A stretch of DNA of 64,000 nt, taken from an uncultured virus (IMG/VR IMGVR_UViG_3300033148_005029). Taxonomy: Duplodnaviria; Heunggongvirae; Uroviricota; Caudoviricetes. The position numbers were made by a program, and so were the translations under genes. Below, in pieces: positions 56,405-64,000 of the stretch. The stretch is taken from IMG/VR virus record IMGVR_UViG_3300033148_005029; one strand, given 5' to 3'. The notes beneath the pieces are model-generated. The model saw only the letters and a program-made list of their open reading frames with translations, ran no database searches and was not told the DNA's origin. Each line of letters begins with the position of its first letter. Positions within the stretch are counted from its first letter, which is position 1.

Positions 56405-56423
56405 CGCACAGGAGGAGAGGACA

Positions 56424-57257
56424 GTGCTTGAGCAGCTCCAGGCTATGCAAGCGGACGTGCTGCGGGAGTGGATGCCCGTCACGCTACCGTCTCGTGGGTT
56501 CTACTACGGCGACAAGTGTCCGATGGGCGAGGTGCATATCACCCCGTGGACGACTGCGCAGGAGGAGGCCATTGCGCGACACACGAGCGGGAAGGCAAGT
56601 CTGCTCATCCAGCAGCTCATGACTGGCAACATCAAGCTGGGCGAAGGCGGGTTGGCATACGACGACCTTCTTGTCACGGATCACTTCTATCTGCTGTTTC
56701 AGCTTCGACGTGTCAGTCTCACGTCGCACTACACCATCGAGCGGAATTGCTCGTCGTGCGGGTTCGCGCACAAGATCAGCGTCGACCTCGGCACTGACCT
56801 CCCCATCAAGGATCTCTCCGACGAACCGGTGATAGAGCCGTTCGAGGCGTTTCTTCCGCGTGCGAAGCAGACCGTCACGTTGCAATTTCTGCGCGTCAGG
56901 GACGAAGCGGCCATGAACAACTACGCGGAGCGGAAGCTGCGGGAGGTGACAGAGACAGGTTCTCCGGCGACGCGTTTCCGTCACGCGCGCCGCATCGTTG
57001 CCATCGACGGGAAGGATGAGCCGTTTCAGGAGCGTATGCAGTTCGTGGCAGGCTTACGGATGCTCGATCTGCAGGTCATGGACATGGTGATTGAAGAGCA
57101 CGAGACGGGACTCGTTCCCGAGATGACCAGCACGTGCCCCCGCTGCAACCATGTGGACGAGTGGGGCGTGCCGATGTCGGCGGAGTTCTTTCGTCCTTCA
57201 GCAGATGACATCAGAGCAGAGATCGCAGCTGCTAAGCTCGCTCATGGCGGAGACTGA
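56424..57257 (+). CDS. Baseplate hub or tail assembly chaperone (T4 gp26-like)
   Basis: VTLPSRGFYY, DLLVTDHFYLLFQLR, CSSCG, CPRC..EFF; positioned after the tube gene. Confidence 0.78.
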   Translation: MLEQLQAMQADVLREWMPVTLPSRGFYYGDKCPMGEVHITPWTTAQEEAIARHTSGKASLLIQQLMTGNIKLGEGGLAYDDLLVTDHFYLLFQLRRVSLTSHYTIERNCSSCGFAHKISVDLGTDLPIKDLSDEPVIEPFEAFLPRAKQTVTLQFLRVRDEAAMNNYAERKLREVTETGSPATRFRHARRIVAIDGKDEPFQERMQFVAGLRMLDLQVMDMVIEEHETGLVPEMTSTCPRCNHVDEWGVPMSAEFFRPSADDIRAEIAAAKLAHGGD

Positions 57258-57396
57258 TTTTCTCGTAGGCGAAGGTTACAGCTTCACCGAGGTCATGCTC
57301 ATGTCGTCGTCACGACGACGCCGGATCTGTCAGGCGAAAATTGAGCGCGCTCGTAAGCGTGACGAGCAGATAAAGCACCAGCGAAAGGGCCGATAA
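57205..57396 (+). CDS. Small tail chaperone C-terminal part (gp51/GT-like), possibly expressed by frameshift
   Basis: FLVGEGYSFTEVMLMSSSRRR..; overlaps the upstream ORF in the +1 frame; TAATG-coupled to the tape measure gene; no clear RBS. Confidence 0.6.
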   Translation: MTSEQRSQLLSSLMAETDFLVGEGYSFTEVMLMSSSRRRRICQAKIERARKRDEQIKHQRKGR

Positions 57397-59189
57397 TGGG
57401 TGCTGAAGTCGGCGGCTTCAACTTCGTCATCGGTGCGGACATCGAAGAGTTCCGCAAAGGGATTCAGCAGGTCCAGAAGGCGATGAACGGGCTGGCGGGC
57501 CTTGCCGCGAAGCTGACCGAGGACTTCGCGAAAGCAGCTGGAGGTGACGCCCCGGCCAAAGGCTCGGGTGGCGGCAAGAAGAAAAAAGGGAAGTCGACGG
57601 GCGGCCTCATCGGGGCGTGGTTTGGTGATATCGGCGCCAAAGCGCTCGCAGAGGAGACGATCCCGGGGCTGGGCAAGGCGCTAACTGGCCTTCGTTCACC
57701 GATCGTCGGGCTTGGCATGGTAGCCGTCGCGATGACGCGCGAGTGGATGGCGTTCCACAACGAAACCGACAAGTTCCGTCGCTCCGTTGGCATGACACGC
57801 GAGGAGATGTTCGAGACGCAGCAGGACTTGCTCGACGTGTCCATGCGCTATGGCACCAGCGTCAGCAAGCTCGCGAGCATCTTCACGTTCGTTGCTACAG
57901 GTGCAGCGCGCTCCTCCAAAGAGATGGCAAAGATGGCGGGGCACTTCGCGGAGCTGGAGAAAGCCACCGGATCGTCACAGAAGACCATCGTCGACTTCGG
58001 CCTTGCGCTGCGGCAGTCGCTGGAGATGTCTGAGGATCAGGCGAGAGCAACTGAGCTTGCGATCATCCGGTACTCGGGCATGTCGATGATGACTGACGAG
58101 GCGGCTCGCCAGTCAGCTACCGAGTTCATCGGCCAGACGAAGCAGTTCGGAGCAGACAAGCGGAGAAAGCTGTTCGAGCAGTACATCGCGCTCACTCACG
58201 CGGGTAAGCAACTCGGCGGGAAGGAGGAGAGTGAAGCGCTTGGCGCTGCTGCTATTGCTATGTTGACGAAGTCCGGTGGGCTCACTGGCTTGGAGGTTCT
58301 TGAAAAACACGCGTTTGACTTGCAGAAGGCTCTTGAGCCGGTGTTCCTGCGGTTGGATGAAGCTGATAAGGCAGGTAAGGAGCTTGTCTTCGGTGAAATA
58401 GCGCGCGGAGCTGGAATGGAGGGCTTTGCGCGTCAGGCGCTGGAGGGTTGGAGGAAGATCAACGCGGGCATCAACGAGGGTACGAGTGCCCTTCAGAAGT
58501 ACAAGAAGGCGCTCGTAGACACGCAGGGTATGACACCTGAGCAGGTACAGCAGGCGCTCGAAGGCATGAAAGGCCCGTGGCAGAAGGTGGACGACTCTAT
58601 TGGTCGCATCAAGGGCCTCCTGTTCGACATCGTGACTGGACCTCTTCTGCCTGCGATCGAGGGTACGTTCAAGCTCGTTGAGACTGCGCTCTCTGGTATT
58701 CTCAAGCTTGCGGCCTGGTTCAAGGGATCAGACAAAGCGGACGCTGAGACTACGCGCAAGGCTACGCAGGCGAAGCAGTGGAAATCGGGTATCGCTGGTG
58801 AGGTTCAGGTGATCGACGCGCTCATGGAACAGATGCAGGGGCGGTGGGGTGGCCCCTCCGACAAGATGGTGACCGACGCGTTCGCGGACGTGCGACGGGA
58901 TACGGTGCTTACGGCGGGCGACCCGTTCATGACGGGAACGAACGAAATGACGTCGCAGTTCGCTGGTGGTTTTGAGGAGACACCTCTCGAAGCTTTCCCT
59001 TCGTACAACCCTGCCGCTTACAAGCGGGGTACCGAAAGCACGATGCTTCACGCGTACGAGTCCAAGGCGCGAGCGAAAGAAGTCACGAGCGCTATGGATC
59101 GGTTGACGGCAGCGCTCAATGAGGCGAATGCGGTCGATCGTGCTCGCGTGCGGCACGACGAAACTACAGCTGTACTCGGGGGACCGTAG
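57396..59189 (+). CDS. Tape measure protein
   Basis: Helical A/G/L/K-rich protein of 597 aa in the canonical position after tube and chaperones. Confidence 0.75.
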   Translation: MGAEVGGFNFVIGADIEEFRKGIQQVQKAMNGLAGLAAKLTEDFAKAAGGDAPAKGSGGGKKKKGKSTGGLIGAWFGDIGAKALAEETIPGLGKALTGLRSPIVGLGMVAVAMTREWMAFHNETDKFRRSVGMTREEMFETQQDLLDVSMRYGTSVSKLASIFTFVATGAARSSKEMAKMAGHFAELEKATGSSQKTIVDFGLALRQSLEMSEDQARATELAIIRYSGMSMMTDEAARQSATEFIGQTKQFGADKRRKLFEQYIALTHAGKQLGGKEESEALGAAAIAMLTKSGGLTGLEVLEKHAFDLQKALEPVFLRLDEADKAGKELVFGEIARGAGMEGFARQALEGWRKINAGINEGTSALQKYKKALVDTQGMTPEQVQQALEGMKGPWQKVDDSIGRIKGLLFDIVTGPLLPAIEGTFKLVETALSGILKLAAWFKGSDKADAETTRKATQAKQWKSGIAGEVQVIDALMEQMQGRWGGPSDKMVTDAFADVRRDTVLTAGDPFMTGTNEMTSQFAGGFEETPLEAFPSYNPAAYKRGTESTMLHAYESKARAKEVTSAMDRLTAALNEANAVDRARVRHDETTAVLGGP

Positions 59190-59190
59190 C

Positions 59191-59973
59191 GTGAAGCACC
59201 TCGACCGTACTCGGTTCCGTATCAGCCTTGAGCCGGAGTCGCTCATCGCGAGGAACAAGTACGACGCGCGTCTGTTTCTCGCGTTCCCCGAGCTACCGGA
59301 GACGATGAGCATCGCCAAGTCGGTGAACTACGCGGACGAGGTCATTCCGGGCTGGTCTGAGCCGCTCGTCGGATGGTCGAGCTGCGCGGCGACGACCATC
59401 GACTTCACGGTCAAGTTCGTCGCTACAGGTGAGAATACACCGAAGAAGAAACAGGTCAGCCCGCCCGGATCGTTTGAGACAACGGCGGCAGAAGACGTGG
59501 GGCAGGGTGTACTCGATGCTCTGCAGAACTTCCCTCTTGCCGTCCCGATGGTGGGGCAGGACGGCTACCCCTACGACAACACGCAGCCGCTCAGCGATCT
59601 GTCTGCAGTCGTTATCGACGAGGTGCTGACGAAGGCAGAGTGGCTGCTGGCGCTCACGCACCCACAGTATGACAACTCTGGAAAGCCATTCCCGCCGCCG
59701 ATCGTCTGGCTGGAGTACGGGCAGAACTTCCGGCGTCGTGGCGTCCTCAAGAGTGTAACCCTTACGCTGCAAGGCCCCTGGCATCCCGTGACGCTGCTAT
59801 GTCAGCGCATCGACGCTGCTGTGTCGTTTCAGGAGATCAACCGCGGCCCGGTTGGTTACAGCAACGTCAGGCGGGGCATTCATTACCCTGAGTCTAATCT
59901 CAACCAGTCCATCTATGCCGCGTCGCGCCCGAACAAGGACATTTTGGCACTGGCACGGTACAGTCAGGGGTAG
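59191..59973 (+). CDS. Baseplate tube-initiator-like protein
   Basis: PETMSIAKSVNY..IPGWSEPL..W and PPPIVWLEYG..GVLKSV are motifs of contractile-tail tube initiators. Confidence 0.7.
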   Translation: MKHLDRTRFRISLEPESLIARNKYDARLFLAFPELPETMSIAKSVNYADEVIPGWSEPLVGWSSCAATTIDFTVKFVATGENTPKKKQVSPPGSFETTAAEDVGQGVLDALQNFPLAVPMVGQDGYPYDNTQPLSDLSAVVIDEVLTKAEWLLALTHPQYDNSGKPFPPPIVWLEYGQNFRRRGVLKSVTLTLQGPWHPVTLLCQRIDAAVSFQEINRGPVGYSNVRRGIHYPESNLNQSIYAASRPNKDILALARYSQG

Positions 59974-59976
59974 TGC

Positions 59977-60351
59977 ATGGCAACATCGGACGCTACGACG
60001 GTCCGCGTCTCACCGAGGTCGCGGCACCGCTCGACTCCGCTCTTTTTGGAGCGCTACGACGTTTCATCGGGAAGCACTACCGAAACACGCTCTCGTACTT
60101 TTTACGGTACGTGGGAGCCTCCGACGGTGTTCGAGACGCGACAGCCAACTCTCTGGAAGGTGGAGGCGGACGAGGCGGGGCGACCGGACCTGCTCGCGTA
60201 TCGGCTCTACAAGGACTCCACGCTGTGGTGGGCGATCTGCATCCGCAACAACCTCTTCTTCCCTCTCATCGATCTCCGTGCAGGCATGACTGTCATCTGT
60301 CCGCATGTTGAGGATGTCATTGCGGGGCTCAACTCGGCAAAGCGCACATGA
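59977..60351 (+). CDS. Baseplate LysM-like protein (gp53/P2 X-like)
   Basis: GRPDLLAYRLYKDSTLWWAICIRNN..DLRAG..ICP. Confidence 0.82.
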   Translation: MATSDATTVRVSPRSRHRSTPLFLERYDVSSGSTTETRSRTFYGTWEPPTVFETRQPTLWKVEADEAGRPDLLAYRLYKDSTLWWAICIRNNLFFPLIDLRAGMTVICPHVEDVIAGLNSAKRT

Positions 60352-61739
60352 CCGATCGTACAATCGACGTTGGAAACCTGCGCTATCCCTTCGTGGAGCT
60401 GCACGCAGAGACAGGCGACCGGAAGCGTGTACCGATCACGGTCGTGAACACTGCCGAAGAGGCGTTCGCGCAGAACACGCCGAACAAGCTCGCCGTGGCG
60501 GTAGTGGACTTCTCATACACGACGGTGACGGGCGGCGCTGGCAGCACGATTTCCATGCGTGTTATTGACCCGTCATTCGACGGTTTGGAAACTCATTTCC
60601 TTCAAGCTGCAGGTATGCCTGTAGTGTGGTTCCGCTACGGTTGGCGGTTCAGCGACGGCACAGAGATGGCGTCTGAGCTGGCTCCGATGCGGGTCACGAA
60701 CTGGGAAGGCGAGTTCATTGGTAACGCGACCTTTACGGCGGCGGCGCTCACCATCACCGCAATGGACGACTCGGCGCTGCTGGGTTCGCAAGCGACGCAA
60801 ATCGGGCTGAAGTCTACCGACAGCATTACTGCTGGCATCTCTGACATCGTGAACGCAGCAAAGGGGGCAACGGCCGGCAAGAAGCTTGTCGTCGAGGTGC
60901 GCGCACCCACGACGACAACGATGACCGACGCTCTCAACAAGGCGCACGGCCGCACGCCGATCCGCTACATCAGGGATCTTCTCGCATATGCGTCAACAGA
61001 CGAGCTGTTCTTGACCTACTACATGGAGTACAAGGACGGTGCTTGGCATCTGGTCATAGACGCGGTGAAGCCGACAGCCAAGCCGCAACGCGTCTACGTG
61101 TTCTCTCGTGATCGTCAGGGAGAGATGCTGAACTTCCGCCCGAAATACAGCGGACTCCTCATTCGCGGGATTGGGGGCGGGCAGGTGGACAGCGTAGCGA
61201 CGGACTCATCTACGCTGACGGCAACGCCGAAGTCGTCTTCTGCCTCAACTGACGACGATCCGGCACATGGGAACTACTTCCCGCGCGACGACGAGATCGG
61301 CGCTCCGTCACGCATCGTCGCGCTCGCATCCCGGGAGCAGCAGCTCATAGACGCATACATTCGGTCCCGGAGGCGTCGGGCCGACTTGGCGACGTACCCG
61401 GCGACGGCGGACATCGTCGGCGACCCGTTCATTCGTCCTATACGCAACGTGCTGGTCATCGTCTCCAAGGGGGCGCATGCGCTTCAGGCGGCGCAGGATC
61501 TGTTCCGCGAGGGCGACTACCATCACAGCACCGGGCTCTACACCGTCATGCAGATAACCCATTCGATCACGCCGGGCGTCTACCGCACGCAGCTGAACCT
61601 GCAGAGGGGCTCAACCAACGTCGGCGGGATCAAGGCTAAGGTGACGTCAGGAGATGGACCGAAGGGCTGGGTGCGAGAGAGAACAGCGAAGACGGAGAGC
61701 GAAGTGGAACGCGGTGTGAAGTCTGTGGGGGCGGACTGA
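60348..61739 (+). CDS. Baseplate hub protein (gp27/P2 D-like)
   Basis: FRYGW, ADIVGDPFI and TGLYTVMQITHSITPGVYRTQLNL. Confidence 0.72.
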   Translation: MTDRTIDVGNLRYPFVELHAETGDRKRVPITVVNTAEEAFAQNTPNKLAVAVVDFSYTTVTGGAGSTISMRVIDPSFDGLETHFLQAAGMPVVWFRYGWRFSDGTEMASELAPMRVTNWEGEFIGNATFTAAALTITAMDDSALLGSQATQIGLKSTDSITAGISDIVNAAKGATAGKKLVVEVRAPTTTTMTDALNKAHGRTPIRYIRDLLAYASTDELFLTYYMEYKDGAWHLVIDAVKPTAKPQRVYVFSRDRQGEMLNFRPKYSGLLIRGIGGGQVDSVATDSSTLTATPKSSSASTDDDPAHGNYFPRDDEIGAPSRIVALASREQQLIDAYIRSRRRRADLATYPATADIVGDPFIRPIRNVLVIVSKGAHALQAAQDLFREGDYHHSTGLYTVMQITHSITPGVYRTQLNLQRGSTNVGGIKAKVTSGDGPKGWVRERTAKTESEVERGVKSVGAD

Positions 61740-62782
61740 TGGAACCTCTCATGAAGCGGCTGCTGGAAGACGGCCCGGGGAGTCAGACGAGCTTCGGACT
61801 CTTCCGCGGCGACGTCATACGCAACGACGACCCGGAGAAGCGTGCTCGTGTGCAGGTGCGTATCGTCCAGGTTCACGGTGACGGGCTCGACCCGAGTCAG
61901 ACGGTGGCGTCTGACCGCCTGCCGTGGGCGGAGCCATGCTTCCCGATGTCAGGGTTCGCCGACGGCGGGGTCTACTTCGTGCCTCCGGTGCCGTCGACGT
62001 TGTGGTGTGCCTTCGAGAACGGAGACCCGCATCGCCCGGTCTACCTCGGTGGGTGGTGGAAGAACGACGAACCTCCGGCAGAGGTGACGGACCCGGACGA
62101 GCAGCGCGTCATCAAGACTCCGGCCGGGCATGTCCTGCTCTTCGACGACGCGCCTGACGGGATCATCCGCCTCTCGCACGAGGACGGGGACCGTGAGATC
62201 ATCCTCGACGGGAACACCGGCACGACGACGATCAAGAACAAGTCGGGACAGACAATCGTCCTGAACGAAACAGCACAGTCCGTCACCGTTACGAACGGAA
62301 CACAGGTCATCACGCTTGACGGCGCGTCAGGTACGATCAACATTCAGAACGGCGCGACGCAATCCGCGACGATGAACGAGACGGCGCAGACGATCAACAT
62401 CCAGAACGGACCGTTGCAGACCGTGCTCATGAACGCGCTGCTCTCGCAGGTCGTACTGACGAACGGTGTGCTTCAGGTGCTCACGCTCGACGGGCTCCTG
62501 CAGACGACGCTGCTCATCAATGGTCTCGTGCAGGTGCTCACGAACGGTATCCTCGGCAAGGTGCAGATTAACACGCTGACGGTGGACGGGATCGAGCTTG
62601 GAACCGGGGCGGCGGCGGAGACATACGGAATCGTCGTTGGGGCGTTCAAGACGCTGTTCGATGGGCATACGCACGCGAAACCTGCGGGGTGTGCTGGTGG
62701 TGCGGCTACAGGTCCACCAGCTGCTGGAATGGTTGTAGGCACGGACATTTCGACCATCGTCAAGGCGAAGGCGATGCCGTAG
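61739..62782 (+). CDS. Baseplate central spike (gp5/gpV/VgrG-like, no lysozyme domain)
   Basis: OB-fold DDPEKRARVQVR..LPWA..VPPV..AFENGDPHRPVYLG, then IKTPAGH, beta-helix repeats and a C-terminal HTH (HxH) motif. Confidence 0.88.
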   Translation: MEPLMKRLLEDGPGSQTSFGLFRGDVIRNDDPEKRARVQVRIVQVHGDGLDPSQTVASDRLPWAEPCFPMSGFADGGVYFVPPVPSTLWCAFENGDPHRPVYLGGWWKNDEPPAEVTDPDEQRVIKTPAGHVLLFDDAPDGIIRLSHEDGDREIILDGNTGTTTIKNKSGQTIVLNETAQSVTVTNGTQVITLDGASGTINIQNGATQSATMNETAQTINIQNGPLQTVLMNALLSQVVLTNGVLQVLTLDGLLQTTLLINGLVQVLTNGILGKVQINTLTVDGIELGTGAAAETYGIVVGAFKTLFDGHTHAKPAGCAGGAATGPPAAGMVVGTDISTIVKAKAMP

Positions 62783-62791
62783 GGGGCAGAC

Positions 62792-63178
62792 ATGCCGTTC
62801 GTACGGGGTTCGCAGTCGCGCGGGTGCGCTTTCCCTATCATCAAGGGGCGGGAGGGCTACTGGCCGCGTCGGAACAGCGCGGCGCTCCGGCGGTCGAGCA
62901 TCATGATGATCCTCGGCACGTACCCCGGCGAGCGGGTCGGAGAGCCCGAGTTTGGTTCGCGCCTGCCTGAGCTTCTGTTCGAGCAGAATGATGCCCGCGC
63001 GATGGAGCTGGCTCGGCGGTACACTGTAGAGGCTATACAGCGGTGGGATCCGCTCGTCGGCATCGTCGGGGTGGTTGCGGAGCGTAGAGATTACGCCTTG
63101 CGCATCTACATCGACTACATCGACCGGGCTGACGAGAACACGAACGTCCGCCGTGCGACGTTCACTGTGCGGAAGTAG
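62792..63178 (+). CDS. Baseplate wedge protein (gp25/P2 W-like)
   Basis: SIMMILGTYPGERVGEPEFGSRL..LLFE..AIQRWDP. Confidence 0.9.
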   Translation: MPFVRGSQSRGCAFPIIKGREGYWPRRNSAALRRSSIMMILGTYPGERVGEPEFGSRLPELLFEQNDARAMELARRYTVEAIQRWDPLVGIVGVVAERRDYALRIYIDYIDRADENTNVRRATFTVRK

Positions 63179-63878
63179 GGGCAGGGACATGCTTCCAGGT
63201 GCGACCTGTGACGGCCGCGTAGACCGTGCCGGTGGAGACACCGTAGCGCTCGGAGAGCTGCCGTACGGGTACACCGTCAGCATGGCAGGCGCGCATCTCT
63301 GCGACGAGGAAGTCGGTGAGCTTGGCGACGGCGGAGCGGGTGCCGGCGGGACCGCCCGGCATCGGGACCGGGCCGGGCAGATGCTTCCAGGTCTTGCCGA
63401 CGATGGCACAGTGGATGGCATCCTTGGAGACGTCGTAGCGCTTGGCGAGTTCGGGGAGCTGAGCGCCGGAGCGGAAGGCGTCGCGGGCAGCGAGAACGTC
63501 GGTAGCGGTGAGCTTCGCGCTCCCGTTGTGGGAGCCGACGTTGCGATGTGGACTCATCCTCGCAGCATGCTCCGCGTTCTCTTTGCGCGTGCAGTATTCG
63601 AGATTGTCGAGATGGTTGTTGAACGGCCGTCCGTCCCGATGGTTCACTTCGCGCCCGTCCGGTCGTGGACCGACGAACGCCTCCATCACGAGATGGTGGA
63701 CGAGCGCCTTGCGCTTCTTTCCTTGGTAGCACAGTGTGACCCTTCGGTACCCGCTGATATCCTCCAGCTTCAGGAGATCACGTCGCGTGCCGTTGGCGCG
63801 CGCGTCGCGGCGTACGCGACCGTGATCGGAAATAGAGTAGGCACCTTCCCATCCAGGGACGTTCTTCCAATTCTCCAC
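63162..63878 (-). mobile_element. Free-standing NUMOD4-HNH homing endonuclease with two C-terminal DNA-binding repeats
   Basis: ENWKNVPGWEGAYSISDHGRVR, VHHLVMEAFVGPRP..VNHRDG..NN..NLEY..EN..H; two AKLT..TWKH repeats; RBS GGAGG on the minus strand. Confidence 0.9.
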
Positions 63879-63926
63879 GAGTACCTCCGTTTCTGGTATA
63901 CTCCATTCTGCGTGAAGGTGTAGCTC

Positions 63927-64000
63927 ATGTCAAGCACGCTGCCGCCAATAGATTACACAGCCAGAAGTTACGCTGAGATCAAGGCAGCCCTCGAACGCCA
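63927..64000 (+). CDS. Baseplate wedge protein (gp6/J-like), 5' end only
   Basis: MSSTLPPIDYTARSYAEIKAALER resembles gp6-like N-termini and follows gp25. Confidence 0.7.
   Translation, partial: MSSTLPPIDYTARSYAEIKAALER

Noticed and set aside
63075..63923. 282-aa plus-strand ORF over the HNH gene
   Set aside because: It is the antisense shadow of the motif-rich NUMOD4-HNH gene.
52606..64000. Bacterial contractile injection system or tailocin locus
   Set aside because: Capsid, prohead protease and neck genes are in the same gene run, so this is a phage tail.
1..64000. Stop-codon reassignment, tRNA genes, introns or inteins
   Set aside because: Genes tile densely under the standard code using all three stops. 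I recognised no cloverleaf, intein or split-gene signature by eye; tRNAscan-SE or Infernal would be needed to exclude RNA genes.

Overview
This window is a 64-kb, GC-rich, almost entirely plus-strand segment of a large T4-like (gp21/gp23/gp18/gp19-type) contractile-tailed bacteriophage; the host cannot be determined from it. In order it holds: the 3' part of a thymidine kinase gene; a head-associated region of very large modular proteins, interrupted by an island with repeated sigma70-type promoters; a putative GroES-like co-chaperonin; a prohead protease-scaffold fusion and the major capsid protein; neck genes; fibre or appendage genes, including an M14-peptidase/Kelch giant and a tandem paralog array; tail terminator, sheath, tube, chaperone and tape measure; and baseplate genes up to the start of a gp6-like wedge. 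Two free-standing homing endonucleases (GIY-YIG and HNH) sit among the tail genes. The most striking signal is a set of polyproteins in which unrelated enzyme or toxin modules (HicA-like RNase, zeta-toxin-like P-loop kinase, three HExxH zincins, a ParB/Srx-like domain, a Nudix hydrolase, Zn ribbons) are separated by short acidic linkers ending in (L/I/V)-x-E, the known cleavage signature of T4 gp21-type proteases. Many small ORFs have leaders ending in the same motif, and homologous modules recur between different genes. I infer a protease-processed, capsid-packaged effector cargo system. All assignments come from motif recognition by eye; no database searches were run.
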